This document shows, piece by piece, positions 12,768 through 25,762 of a stretch of 64,000 nucleotides of DNA. The position numbers and the translations under genes are program-made. Under the pieces are notes generated by a model. That model worked only from the letters and a program-made list of their open reading frames with translations. It had not been told where the DNA came from and made no database searches. Positions within the stretch are counted from its first letter, which is position 1; each line of letters starts with the position of its first letter. The stretch is from Eutreptiella sp. 'Long Island Sound 2002' (Eukaryota > Protista > Euglenida): positions 23,870,001-23,934,000 of the forward strand of contig OZ038378.1 of NCBI GenBank assembly GCA_964036045.1, written 5' to 3'.

Positions 12768-14249
12768 CTGACCCTTGTAGGCCGCAAAACCCTCTAGCCC
12801 CCGGACCAGAAGGTACGTCAGCAGTCCCTGCACCCCCAGTGGCCACTGTACTGACAACTCTCCTCCAACGCTCCGTCGCCCAGTGACACTGGCAAACGCA
12901 TTGCACTTCAGGTCAGCCTGCAGTGGCAGCAGCGGCAGCACGTCCACCATGACAACAGCATGCCCCAGTGCCGCCAGCTGGTCCATTTTCAACGCCGATT
13001 CCGGGAGGTTCGCCAAACGACTGTCAGCAGCGCACACAAGCTCCACATCGGCGCGGTGGGCCCCGTGCGGACTGGGCGTCGCGGTCGGGGAGCCAGCCGC
13101 ACTTGAGGGCGACTTGGCCCCCGCTCCCTTCAGCACACCGCCACGTGCGCACACGTACACGAACACTGCGGGGGGCAGCGTCTCGGCAGCGCCCTCCTGC
13201 CCAGGGTCGCTTACCACGCCCGCGACTGCGCGGGCGATGGCGTTGAGGATGTTGCGGCGCGTGGGCATCAGTGCGTGGTCCGGGGCCCCACTCTCAAGGC
13301 ACTGCGTCACAATGCCACGCGTGCCCAGCAGCCGTGCCACACGGACCGCGTCATCGCTGGCGGTGGGCAGCACTGGAATGGTGGCGTCCTGGTACACCGC
13401 CACCCCAATGACCACCGCGTGTGAAATGTATGTGGGGAGCACTCGCTCGCTCGCAGGCTCACGGGAACTGGACTGCCGCCGCCCCCGTGCCGATGCCGGC
13501 AGCTTCAGCTTCCCCCTCTCCGCCCCCGACGCTGGGGCCCCAGCGGGCGCTGAGGCTGCCAGCGGCACTTCTGCAGACCCCGACACATCAGATGTGTCAG
13601 ACCCATGCAGCACCGAGTCAGCATCGCTTCTCGGGTCCCCTGCCACGTCCGAATCGCTGTCATCTGTGGGTGCGTCCCAGTCATCCACCACACCATGGAG
13701 GGCATGCGGCACGGAGTGAGACCGTACGCCCGCAGCCCCACGCGCCTCGCGGCTACCGTTGGCTGCAGCACTGCGTATGAGCTGCTGGCCGCCAGCCCCA
13801 TGCGGCAAAAACCCTCCGCAGCCCGCAGTGCCGGGGTCGTCGGCCGGTGCCTCGGCAGGGGCCGGGGGCGCACGGGGGGCGCGCCGCTTCTGGCGGCGCT
13901 TGCGCGCGGGTGTGGGTGGGGGCTGCAGCGGCGAGAGGCCGGTCAGGATGGGCTCGTCAGCTGCGGCCGGGGCCATGGGGAGCTCGAACGGGTGCAGCAG
14001 CCGCGAAACCTTCAGCCGCAAGCGGCTGCAGAATGACCGCTCAGCTGCCACTGCTGGCGACTGCAGGATGGGGGAGACTGGGCCCGCCCCTGTGCTGCCC
14101 GGAGTGCGGGGCCCGGGCGTGGCTGTGCCAGGGCTTCTGCATTCACTTGGGTCCAGCAAGAGTGACATGACATTGCCGTGGCAGAGGTGCACCGGTTGAC
14201 CCGGGCTGCTGCAGATCGAGCAGTGGTCAGGGAGGTGGTGCAGGGACAA
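12768..14249 (-). CDS. Large exon: Pro/Ser-rich region plus caspase/metacaspase-like (peptidase C14-like) domain, predicted inactive
   Basis: 495-aa ORF with HAVVIGVAVYQDATIPVLPTASDDAVRVARLL, PTRRNILNAI, VFVYVCARG (normally YxGHG), VMVDVL (normally ILDxC) and GLLTYLLVRGLEG; donor CAG|GTCTGA. The 5' boundary is uncertain. Confidence 0.8.
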
Positions 14250-15036
14250 GGCTTATTTTAGCTGAAGGGGGGGGGACCGGGGATGAAACTGGCACCAACG
14301 CACCCGCTTTTCAGAACCCACCCATCCACCCACCCATTGCCCTAGCCCCCAACCAAGGCACCCACCCATCCCCACCAAACCCCTGCTTATCGGGTCTCCA
14401 TAAGATGTACTAAACCGCCATCCTTAAGGACCGTTCTTCACAAAAAAGAGTCCCTACCCACTCATGGTACCAGAGTTCTTTGACCTCCGGAATATCAGGG
14501 CATGGTTGACCCCCGTGCAGCAGGGCCATGGCCTTGCAGTGCAGTGGCTGAGCTTGACAGGAAAAACTGCCAAAACCCCCTTCACGGGGGCTTGGGCCTC
14601 GGCCTTGGGGATGGCATTCCCACCAAGGTACAGCTCATGCAGCCCTGTCACGTAGAGACGCCAGCCCCTGACGCCCAATGTGCCCACATCATTGTTCTGA
14701 AGGTCAAGGACAAGAAGACACAGCGTGGGGCAGTACTTCAGTGCGGCAAAGGCTTGTGCGCCCACATATGCAACGTAGTTGTCAGACAGCAGAAGGTAGT
14801 GAGTGTGCAGTGCTGGAGAGGCCCTCGGCGCCCCAAATGCTTGCGCACCGACGTCACCCACATCACTGCACCCTACTTCGAACGTAAGCATGCGCAGCCC
14901 GAGAGCATCCTTTAGCGCAGCGAGTGCTTGAGTGCCAGCGTCTCCAAGTCCTCTCTCTTCGAGATTCAGGGTCAGTGCAGAGGTGGCATGGCCTTCAGAG
15001 GTGCAAGAAATCCTGCACCACCCAGTCCAATTGCAA

Positions 15037-15724
15037 CCCCCCCCCCACCCGTTTCAGGGGGGAAATCCACTGATTCGGGCTCAACGTTACAAATCAGGAT
15101 AAACACACGTTCCTTTTGGTTGTGCAATCACAATATTTCCGTCCACTTCCCAACAAATTTCTTCATTGGTCATTTGGGAGGTCCCAGGTTCAATCCCAGC
15201 TTCCCGTGGCTCGGAAAAATTTTCACTTTTGCTGCAGTTGTCAACCTGATGCAACTGTCAAATGCACACACAAAATGCATGGAAACATTGACTCTCAACA
15301 CTCTCGACACTCGACACACTGCCTTCGTTGGTGCCTTCGTTGGTACCTGGTACTGATGAGGTAGCTGTCTTCTTTGCAAAGAACGGTGCTGGTTGAAGGT
15401 ACCGCACACACAGTGTACACAACAGAGACCCTGTTGGCTTTTCCGCATGTTGTTCCTGAAACCGGGCCTGTTGAGTTGCGTCAAGGTCATCCTGTGAAGG
15501 CAACGTTGACCCCTTGCTGCCACAAACAGAGCACTGTGTCATGAGACGTGTCTGTTAACAGAAATGGAACACAGTTGCACAGAGGTATTCATCACCACAA
15601 CACAAACAGCTTCAGCAAATGGTCTTTTTTACCACCACTATCAGAAATCCACTGATCCAGGCTCACGTTTCGGGCTGATTTGGGGAAACTGGGTCCCTGA
15701 AACGGCGGGGGGGGGGGGGGGGGG
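15037..15724. mobile_element. TIR family D MITE inserted in the LRR locus
   Basis: Termini CCCCCCCC..CCGTTTCAGGG and CCCTGAAACGGCGGGGGG are inverted; about 550 bp nearly identical to 24346-24880. Confidence 0.85.
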
Positions 15725-16310
15725 TTGCGATTGTTCGCCAGGGACAGCTCGAGGGTATGCAACGTTGTCGCATGCCTCAATCCCACAAGTGTGCGCGCGC
15801 CAGCGGCTGATATGGAATTCTGGTCAAGCCATAGGATCAAAATCTGCAACGCTAGTGCATGCTTCAACTCTGCATGTTGCTGCACCTCTTTGTCTCCTAG
15901 CTCAGCAAGGAAGATGCCAATCTTCAGCCTGCACAGCGATGGCGCATGTCGCAAGCAGGGCCAGTGCTCGTACTGTACTACTGCTCACGGGATAGTCCTG
16001 GTTGCAGGATAGCTCCAGAGTGAGTGCATCAAGGAGTGGCGCGTCTCTCAGTGTTGCCAGTGCGTGCAACCCTGCCTCCTCAACCAGCCCGCCCCCAGCG
16101 AAGGTGAACGTCCGCAAAGCAGGTGCCTCACGTAATGCAGCCATGAGGACCCATAGGCGGGCCTCTCCAACACACGTGCCCTGCAGGTTGATCATGATGT
16201 TGTGCAGCGGTCGGGCGATCCTCAGCGCTGCAAATGCACCCACGCAATCATCATCCACATCGCTTTGGAGCAGATTGAGACGCAGACTGCGCAGTAATGG
16301 CGGGGCAGTA

Positions 16311-16898
16311 CCCCCCCCCCTTGTATAAGCTACGCCAATTTAAGGAATTATTACGGTCCCTACGCCCACTGTAGCTTGGACAAGGGCGTAGCTTACGCGC
16401 AACACATACACTTACCGACACACACGTGCGCGCGCATGGTATGAGTGCACCTCGACCTCTGCCCACATTTCCAAGTGTATGCAAACGCAACGAAGCCTTG
16501 GGAACATGAAAATTTCAGGTTCACACCCATGTTGGCACAAGCAATGAAGAATGCGAAGCCTACAAATGTTCAGCTTGGAAACCCTTCTTGCGATCATACA
16601 CCATGCGGAACAATTGCACATGCTCACCACTTGAAGATGCCTTTGGCTGAGGCTTAGGGGCTGGTTTGGGCTTGGGCAACTTCAAATTCTTGGAAATCAA
16701 ATTGCCTTGCATGTGGCATGTTGCATCTGTCCATGGCTCCATGTAATTGGCAAATGTGATGACAAACCCATGTCTCATGTGGCCACACTACATTTCGTAC
16801 GCAATTAAAATTAGGTACACAATTATTACAGTCCCTACGCCTACTGTAGCTTGGACAAGGGCGTAGCTTATACAAGGGAGGGGGGGGGGGGGGGGGGG
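16311..16898. mobile_element. TIR family A MITE (588 bp) with TA target duplication (Tc1/mariner-type signature)
   Basis: TA|CCCCCCCCCCTTGTATAAGCTACGCC ... GGCGTAGCTTATACAAGGGAGGGG..|TA, with further subterminal repeats of CCCTACGCC..CTGTAGCTTGGACAAGGGCGTAGCTTA. Confidence 0.9.
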
Positions 16899-17427
16899 TA
16901 AGTCCGGCCAGCGCCTGTGCCACACCGCCGCCGAGTTCGCATTCCATAACATCGATGAGAAGAGTGTACAAAAGCGGCGCATCCTTCAAAGCCGCAAGAT
17001 CCTGAATGCCGCCGTTGAAACGGTGCAAGGGCACGGAGGTACGGGGCCTCGCTGAGTGTGGCAAGGGCCTGCAGGCTTCTTGCGCTGAGAAGGTCACGCC
17101 GACAAACCCTAGGCAACCCTTTTCCAAGAAATCCAAGATATCATAGTCCAGGCGCAGTGCAAGGGACTGCAGCGTACCTCAACTCTGCGAGGGCTACTGC
17201 GCCGTCCTCACCTATTTCAATGCACGAGAAGCTGAGTTGCAGGGTCTTCAAGCGTTTTAAATTCTTCAGCGCGCCGAGGGCGGCGGCTCCAGCGTGCCCA
17301 AAGGGATTCACCCAAAGATCCAAGGTCAGGGTGCAGAGCATGGGCGATACCTGTCTGCTACATGAGCTTCACCTTCATTTGAGCTCAAACAAGTTGATCA
17401 ACGCTGATGTACAAGTGCTGGTGGCAC

Positions 17428-17485
17428 CACAGGGGGGCGACTACAACCGGTCCTGATGCGACAACCCCCAGCTATCTGTCAAAAC

Positions 17486-17516
<31 letters not shown>

Positions 17517-18180
17517 GCTGGTGGGGCAGTTGGGGGGGGGGGTCGGCAGGAGGGTGTGGGGGNNNNNNNNNNNNNNNNNNNNNNNNNNNNNNNNNNNNNN
17601 NNNNNNNNNNNNNNNNNNNNNNNNNNNNNNNNNNNNNNNNNNNNNNNNNNNNNNNNNNNNNNNNNNNNNNNNNNNNNNNNNNNNNNNNNNNNNNNNNNNN
17701 NNNNNNNNNNNNNNNNNNNNNNNNNNNNNNNNNNNNNNNNNNNNNNNNNNNNNNNNNNNNNNGGGGGGGGGCTGGTGGGCAGTTGGGGGGGGGTCGGCAG
17801 GAGGGTGTGGGGGGGGGGTTCGGCCGTGGGGGGGGCGGGGGTTCCCAAGGTGGGGGGGCTACGTGCGATCCACTACTACCACATGCATACCTCCAGGGGG
17901 GATGTGTGTCTGGGGCAGGTTTGGGGAAGCTGCTGGTGGCTGTTGTGAAGCAGGGGCTGCAGATGGGCAGGTGTGTCCACAGTGGTTGTGGTGATCTTCA
18001 CTTTGCAACAAACAATCTGGCGCTGAAAACATGGATGGTTTGATGAAAGGGAAGCATGCAGAAAAAAACTTCAGCGCCGTTGGCGCCACGGCCCCAACAC
18101 CACTATCTCTCAAAACCCGGGGGGGGGGGGGGGGCTGGGGGGCTTCGCATACAAGGACTGGGCCCGGCCGCCCCCCCGTG
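17428..18180. mobile_element. hAT-like MITE with 8-bp TSD (spans the N gap)
   Basis: Imperfect TIRs CACAGGGGGGCGAC..GTCCTGATGCGA and TCGCATACAAGGAC..CCGCCCCCCCGTG; flanks GGTGGCAC (17420-17427) and AGTGGCAC (18181-18188). Confidence 0.65.
17563..17762. other. Assembly gap (200 N)
   Basis: N run; near-identical G-rich sequence on both sides suggests an unmerged overlap. Confidence 0.99.
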
Positions 18181-21100
18181 AGTGGCACCATATTCTTCAG
18201 TGCAGGAAGTGCACGCACCCCCCTGGCTCCGATTGTGTTCCCCTGAAGCCCAAGGGTCAGCGTACGCAGTGAGGGGGCCCCCTTTAGTCCAGCAAGCGCT
18301 TCTGCACCGCTGTATCCCACGCCACTCTTGCCGAGCTCAAGGGTCAGGGTGTGCAGCAAAGGGGCTGCGTGCAGCGCTGCAAGCGCCTGTGTGCCACTGT
18401 CTCCCACTGAATCTGCACGGACCTTCACTGTTCACAAACGATCTAGTTGCCAGTGACTGAGCATGTGCTGCAAGCTCGAGCAACCCACTCTGCACAACAC
18501 ATGCTACCCTTGAAAAGATTCCCACAAATCATGACACACATGACTGAGGAGTGCGGACTGTAAGAAAGCTGCAATCTCGGTTCACACAGCCTTGGGCATC
18601 CGCAGCAACATAGGTGTCTGCAACAAACGTGAACTGTGGGGAGGGGAGAAGGAGCATGCGCAGCTGGACACCGCATGCGAACGCAGGGGACAGAGAGACG
18701 CTGAGGGGCGCGATTCAAACTGCAACACTTTTGGTGGGGATGGGGGCTGAGTTTTGGTTGGCACCAAAAGCACTGAGGCAATTTTTTGGCCTAAATTGAC
18801 TGGTGCCTAAGGCGCTGGAGAAAATTCTTCGTTGGCCAAATTTTTTTAACCAATCACATAGGGGCTGTGTGCCATAAAAGCTTGAAGATAGGGGGGTGGG
18901 GATTCGGGACCCCCCCCCCAGTGGTGCTGAATTGTTGAGTGGAACTCTACCCCCTGTTCTCCCTGGTGAAGCAGGCGCAGGTCAAGCAAACCACAATCGG
19001 TGAGCGTTGTACGCAGACACGTGCATGGATATGAACTCGACCTCACGGGGGTCCTATTGCTGGCAGTAGAAGACATTGCAACAGACGGAAGGGGTCTCAT
19101 GGATCAGAAAAGAGGGGGTTTGCATCGTAAAATGCCCTTATGCCCCCCCCCCCCCCAGAGTAGTGCTAAAACGGGTGGGGGTACAAAACCTCCCATGATA
19201 TCCAGCTTCTCAGCCCCCCCCCCCCCTCCCGATATGACTGACAGGATGCAGATAATACCAAGCTGGTGGGCTTCCGTTGAGAGCAATTTCTTGGACAATG
19301 TCCCATATTTCTAAATTCGGGGTTTCCCCTTTCTATGTTTTGATGTCGTTAATCTAGGGCACTCTAACCCTAATTGGTGGTATTGCATTTCACTTTGTCA
19401 TACATCTCTCCTGGTGTCCCTGGGGTGCTAAGTCGCAAATTGGAGCTACTGCTTGTCAATTATCATTGGACAAAGGAGTGGACATTGGTGCTCTAAGGTA
19501 GCGGCAGAGGATGTGGGTCATGGGGCTGCAGATGCATTCATCTGCCGCACATACGCTAGCCCACTACTTGCCGTTTCTCGTCTGTCAATAGTTCCAAAAA
19601 CGTGCACCAAAGGTGCTGCCCCATCCTAGACGAAAGCAAGACCAGGCGTTTCACTGTGCGCATGTTTGCAAAACAGTGGTACAAACTCAGTAACACTCCA
19701 TGAGGGAACACTTGTCAGCTGTTGTGGCAGCACAATCCACGCCAACAACCAGACAGTGCAAAGTGGTGCCTGAGCCTGGGAAATAGGGTCCAGTGCTAAT
19801 TGGACCAAAACGGTCTTGGGGGGGGGGGTCCAATTTCTTTTTGGCCACAAGTGTTTTGCAGCCTCCCAGCACAGAGGGAAGCTCTTCAAACCCAGCAAGT
19901 GATCTGTTGGTCTGTGCACTTTGTGTGTGCTTCATTGTTCATTGCTGCTCCTGTCCCAAAAAATGTGCTGTTGATATGCATGGGGCCACAGCCTGCACAC
20001 CACCACCTCGAAGGCCCCCTGCTGAAGTGGCCAAAGGACAACAACAGATCACGGTTGTTCAAGGTTGTTCAAGGTTGTGCCCAAATGAAATGCATGCACA
20101 CGTCATGCAGTCACTCTGTGTAGCGATAGGCCTGTCCAAAGGGCCCTTTTGCTGCACTTTGCTCACCTGCTCCTGGTCTGCACAGGATTCTGTGTGTACT
20201 GCAGCACCTGTTTCACAACCAATCGACCAACCAAGGGTGCACTGTACCTGGTGATAAACATCTCCTGTGTATTTATTTCTATGTGTTTTATGGCTGTTTC
20301 GACCGCATGTTCCTTTTCCTAGTAGGTTTGCAGTATACTTCTCTCCTAGCTACAATTGGTCCACCCAAACCGACAGGCAAGACTTATCATTTTGTGCTTT
20401 GGGAGCGAAGAAGGACTAGGCATATTGCTGTTGTATATCTTTGGTTCTACTGCCGGGGTGGGCTGGTGGGGTGGCCAACAGGCTGCGCTGCAACCCAATC
20501 CTCCTCCTCCCTCTTTGCAAGCACTGCCTTGGCCAACCACAGGGGGCCCTTCCGACTGCTGTTTTTGCCAGGTGAGGGAGCAGGCACAGGGACGCAGATC
20601 TGCTGGACCTGGTCGTTCAGCCCAGTCTTGGCTCCTCCCCGCTGCCCAACGCAATGAGCCCCACTGGTCCACCTCCTGAAGATGCATAATATGATGTTCT
20701 TCGGACTGCTGTTTTTGCATGCATACTTTCTCAGGGCCATCAGTCTGAAGCAATCTAATAGGCCTGGGATACTGACATTTGGGCCAACAGCTCTGCAGTG
20801 CCTTTACCAAATGAAACCATCTGCATTGTGCAGTGCGCAAACACAACAGGAGTCACATTGAGCAATGACACACTGCACAACAAAATAACAAGCTGAGATT
20901 TTGAGCTGCAAAATGTGCAGGTTCACGACAAGAATGTGGGCTGTAGGGAGGTAGAATGAGAGGCAGGGGAGGGGGAGCGTTGTGGGGAGCAGGGGGTGTA
21001 GGGCTGCGGGGGGGGGGGGGGATGGGAGGCTGGATAATGACACATATGGCACATGAACATCGCAGTCTGGGCCCATGAATCTGGGAGGCAAAAGATACAG

Positions 21101-24057
21101 AACTACGTGGCCATGTTCCTGAAACCAGTCCAACCAGTGACGTGGCTGTGAAAAAATTGGGGGGTATATGGTAGTGTGTGCGGTATGGACAGGCTGCCAA
21201 AGAGACAAAGTTTGCGCAGTAATGCTGTATAAATGGTAAAGGATTGTTTTTTCCACGCATGGCACGTGGTTTGGTAGCAAAGCTCTGGCCATAAATATTG
21301 TGGTGAAGTGTTGGCTACTGGTTGTCACTGACTGGGTTGTGCTGCATAGCAACGTCATCTGCCAAGAATGGCAAGGGGCATTTGCCCTGAAAGTCATGTG
21401 GGATTCAGCATTACTGCACCACTTTTGCCCTTAGGCATCAAACAAAAAGAGGCAAACCCACCCAACATCAAAATACCAGTCCATCACAACTGGTGACCAG
21501 GGGCTGTAGGCACAATGAGAGGGGATCCAGACATATTACTGTGGATTGTTCCCTTGTGCAGCCTGGCGTGTAGCCCAAACAATATGCTGTAGCTGGCCCC
21601 ATCCCCATTCAGGTTCTTAAGCTCCCCCTTGTAAGAAAGAGCATGAAAGTTTTCCCGACTGCGCACAGCGCAACTCCCCAGCTGCACGCAGGCACCAGAT
21701 GGGAGACTGCAGTGTCACCACAAAGACAAATGGGCATGAGGTAGAAGGTGGGCACAGAGTCAGCACAACCTCTATGGCTCTCTCAAAGTGGGGCAAACGC
21801 TGCTCTGCATGTCATGTCCCACACTGGCTGGGCCGTCTGGTGGAGTTCCCTCTGGTAGTGAGAATTCCAGACAAATGCAGGCACGATGAAACCCTGCAGC
21901 CACTGCCCTCCCCAAAGCTCCATTGAGTGCTAACACTGTGCCAAAGCCAGTCTGGTGCTCGTGCAGAAAGGAACTACCATGACACCTGCAAAACTGAATG
22001 CATGCCCTTTCCCACCCAAGCTGCGGGAACCACTTCCCCCCTGCGAGCAAGTCCATTCCCCGGAAACCTGCGGCACACTGACCCCGGATGATTGCATCGG
22101 CCAAAAAATGAGCTGTGGGCTCTATGTGAGGGTTAGAGGCGCATGCACCAGTGCATGGGCACTGCAAGTGGCAGATCACCTTGTGAGCGCCAATGGACAG
22201 GGAAGATGCAGTGGGTCTAGGGCTCTAGGGTGCAGTGGCACTGGATTGGCAAGGGTTCTCTCATTTTTTTGTTTGGGACCTGGAAGAGGCCTGTACTTCA
22301 GATCCATGATCCTGTACAGGTCTGGGGAGGGGGGAGGGGGTGCAGACTGGGCTGGGGGAGGGTGGGATCCTGGGTGAGCCGCCCCCTTGAGTGCAATAAT
22401 CAACAGGGCCATGTGTGGGTGGGGAGCATACACCTCAGAAGCTTTCCTTCAAGAGCCCTCGGTGCCCACGACCCGACCAGGCATCAGGCCCAAAATGAAA
22501 ACACCCCACGTTTCCTCCAGCACACACAAACTTCAAATAAACCAACCAAAACCCGCACACTTCGCATATGTGATTCCAATACACATTGATATACGCAAAG
22601 AGGATGCGGGGGATTTGAAGAGTGTGGGGGGATTTGAAGAGTGTGGGGCAGAGGGCATTTCGAGAGTGGGAGGATGTGGTGGAGGGCTCATTGCAGAGAC
22701 AGGTGCACGGGAGGGGGGCTGAATCTGAGACAGAAATGTGGCGGATGTGTGGGATGCTGTAAGTCTCAAGCCATGGTCATTGAAGCTTACTTTTTGCTCT
22801 TTCCAGGAGCAGGTTTTGAATCGGTGGCAGCGGGCAGCGCACATCCAGACTTCTTGATCATCGTCTCGTCCCCACTCTGCAAAAGAGTGGCGAGGGTGCA
22901 ACGGGAGAGGGCACGGGGTGGGGAATCCGCCAATATTTGAGCATTATTTGCAGGAACGCCGGAGGAATTCCCCAATCCACTCCGGTTTGTACCAGGCGGC
23001 GGGGGAATACTGGAAACTGGGGCTCCATGCAGGCTCCTTCCACTCCAGGAACACAGACGTCCCTGATTGCAACAACTGCGACCCCAACTTCCAAGAGAGC
23101 AGTGGGTTCAGTCATCCACGAACCCTTGATTTTTTTGGACCATGTTCCTGTTGTGATGCCCAAGCCCCCCCCCCCCTCATTCCCCTCACGCACGAGCATT
23201 GGAGCATGAGGGGTTTCTCCCCAATGCCTGTGCAGCACCTGGGGTGGGCCGGAAGAGCAGCGCTCGCAGAACCTTTGGGGTAAGTGGGATTCAATTCGTC
23301 ATAAGGGACCTTGACATCGTGCTTGCTACAACATTTGGGCTGCTACCACCGACAACTGTGGAGATTTGCACCGTGGCCTTCTGCATCCGCTCCACGGGAG
23401 GTTGGGTGGGTGTGCGCCATAAAGGCTGAGAGAGAATGCCGGTTGGTGTTTTGTTGGCCTTTTGAGGGGGGAACGCTCCACCCGTCCACCCGTTGGGTTG
23501 GGGGTGAAGCGGGCGGGTTCAAAAATTGCGCGAAGTGGGGAGCCCGCTCCTGATGCCCCCGTGATGATGTCCCCATATTGGAACTGCCCCACCCGCTGGC
23601 ATCTTGACTTTGGGGGCTGGCGCCTGGCATTTTGCCTCCCCGAGGGCACATATCTCGGGGGCTATGCAACAGCAGGAGCATGCATACGCAAACTGGTATG
23701 AATGGAGCCCCTGTTCTGATCCCCAGAGTGTGCTGGAAAGTAGTGGTGGTTTGGGGGGGGGGGGGGCAGAATGGGCTCTGATGCCACTGTCATGCACACA
23801 TCAATTTAATGTGCCCTCACGCTCATGCGTGTTCAAGTAACACACGAAATGACACCATCTTTACATAAGGGGCCTGACAAGGGAATGTCGCTTGTATACA
23901 CTGACCTGCGGTACGTAGACACTGATCTCTCAGTCGAATAAGCAGTGTGATCTTCAGTTGAGAAAACCCCAATTTACAGTGCTGGCGTTGGCATAATTCA
24001 GGCAAATGGCGACTTGTAAGGTGGGTGCGGTTTGCAGAGGCAATTCTGAACACCGTG

Positions 24058-24892
24058 CCCCCCCCCCCCGTTTCGGGGGGGGGGGGGGATCCACTGATTC
24101 GGGCTCAACGTTTCAGGCTGAAGTAAGTTGGCACAAATCAGGGCAGGTGCTGCATTTCGGTTTCAAAAACTCGGTCCTAGGCCCCCAACACACCTTCCCC
24201 TTGGTTGCTGTGTTGTTAAAGTCATGTGCAATCACAATATTTCCGTCCACTTCCAAAAAAATTTCTTCATCTGTCAGTTTGCATGCAGTCTTTGCACCAT
24301 ACAAAGCAGGGAAAGCAGTTGCCCTGGTGGTGTATGCACTATGTTGGCATTTGGGAGGTCCCAGGTTCAATCCCAGCTTCCCGTGGCTCGGAAAAATTTT
24401 CACTTTTGCTGCAGTTGTCAACCTGATGCAACTGTCAAATGCACACACAAAATGCATGGAAACATTGACTCTCAACACTCTCGACACTCGACACACTGCC
24501 TTCGTTGGTGCCTTCGTTGGTACCTGGTACTGATGAGGTAGCTGTCTTCTTTGCAAAGAACGGTGCTGGTTGAAGGTACCGCACACACAGTGTACACAAC
24601 AGAGACCCTGTTGGCTTTTCCGCATGTTGTTCCTGAAACCGGGCCTGTTGAGTTGCGTCAAGGTCATCCTGTGAAGGCAACGTTGACCCCTTGCTGCCAC
24701 AAACAGAGCACTGTGTCATGAGACGTGTCTGTTAACAGAAATGGAACACAGTTGCACAGAGGTATTCATCACCACAACACAAACAGCTTCAGCAAATGGT
24801 CTTTTTTACCACCACTATCAGAAATCCACTGATCCGGGCTCACGTTTCGGGCTGATTTGGGGAAACTGGGTCCCTGAAATGGGGGGGAGGGG
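24058..24892. mobile_element. TIR family D MITE, longer copy
   Basis: Same termini and internal sequence as 15037-15724 plus extra internal segments. Confidence 0.85.
24309..24382 (+). ncRNA. Degenerate tRNA-Ala-like sequence (pseudo-tRNA / SINE head) inside family D
   Basis: GGGAAAGC...GCTTCCC acceptor-like pairing over 74 nt, loop TTGGCAT, T-arm GAGGTCCCAGGTTCAATCCC; D-arm does not fold well. Confidence 0.55.
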
Positions 24893-25762
24893 GTTGGAAC
24901 ACCGCAGGTGGGAGTTTGGCCCCCCCTCCAAAGTGGCGTTGCGCAACCATGTTGAACCAGGCAACCCACCCCTGATACATAGTGCCATGCACTGACAGTG
25001 TCGGCGACATTTCAGGCGGTTGCAGCAATTTGCATGGATGTGGATGCGGTGCACCCCACCCCATATGCGAGGCGCCAAGAGCTGCATCATATGTAAGGCA
25101 CACAGATGTGGAGAAATGCACATTTTGTGTGGGGAGGGGTCGTGTGGGGCTGGGAAGGGGAGGGTGTGCCCTCCTGCTCACCAAAGGGCCCTGCACCACA
25201 GGCTCTTGGAGGCGCTTAATCACATTACCGGTGACCCTGTCGGCAGAGGCAGAAAGTTGCTGCCCTTAGATACCAACACTCCACACAGTCATTAGCAAGG
25301 ATGTCGCCCCACGTGCTGCCGAGGGGTGCCAGAGACAGAGAGAGATGGGCAGGGGGGGGAGGGGGCTTTGGGACGAAGCCCTGATATTGCACCCCTCCTT
25401 GCAGTTGGCGGTGGGGGGAGGGGTGGGCGGGGTCTGGGAGCCGAGGGTTTGTGTACAAAAAATGGCTCTTGTAAACTTTGATCTTTGCCCTCAGGAAGTT
25501 TTTTTTTCGGGAGGGCGGTTGGGAGGGGGCCGACCCTCATCCTTCCAATTTTCCCATTCAAGCACAGCCCTGGAGATGGGTGATGAGAAGAGGATGTGTT
25601 AGGAAGGACTGCCAAAATCAGGATGGGCTCAGGTCCCCCTTTTGCATAGGAAACCCGCACAGCATGCAGACCCCTCCATGTGGGGTGGGGAGGGCGCGGA
25701 CATGGCAAACCATGCAGAACAGAGGAAAAAACGCAGGATATTGTGCAAAGCACTGCAAGCAC

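Larger units (their letters stand above)
14454..18428 (-). pseudogene. Leucine-rich-repeat (RNI-like, ~28-aa repeat) gene, fragmented by frameshifts and MITE insertions
   Basis: Repeated ALAALKxAPLLHTLTLxLxxNxIGxxGA in segments 18428-18181, 17341-16899, 16310-15725 and 15036-14454; frameshifts near 17165, 17060, 15960 and 14980. Confidence 0.8.

Noticed and set aside
17456-18043. Poly-Gly/Pro ORFs and duplicated sequence around the N gap
   Set aside because: Low complexity; the duplication on both gap sides is most likely an assembly artefact
19500-23300. Scattered exon-like segments on the minus strand (e.g. LWLAKAVLAKREEEDW)
   Set aside because: No coherent gene model or motif; left unannotated
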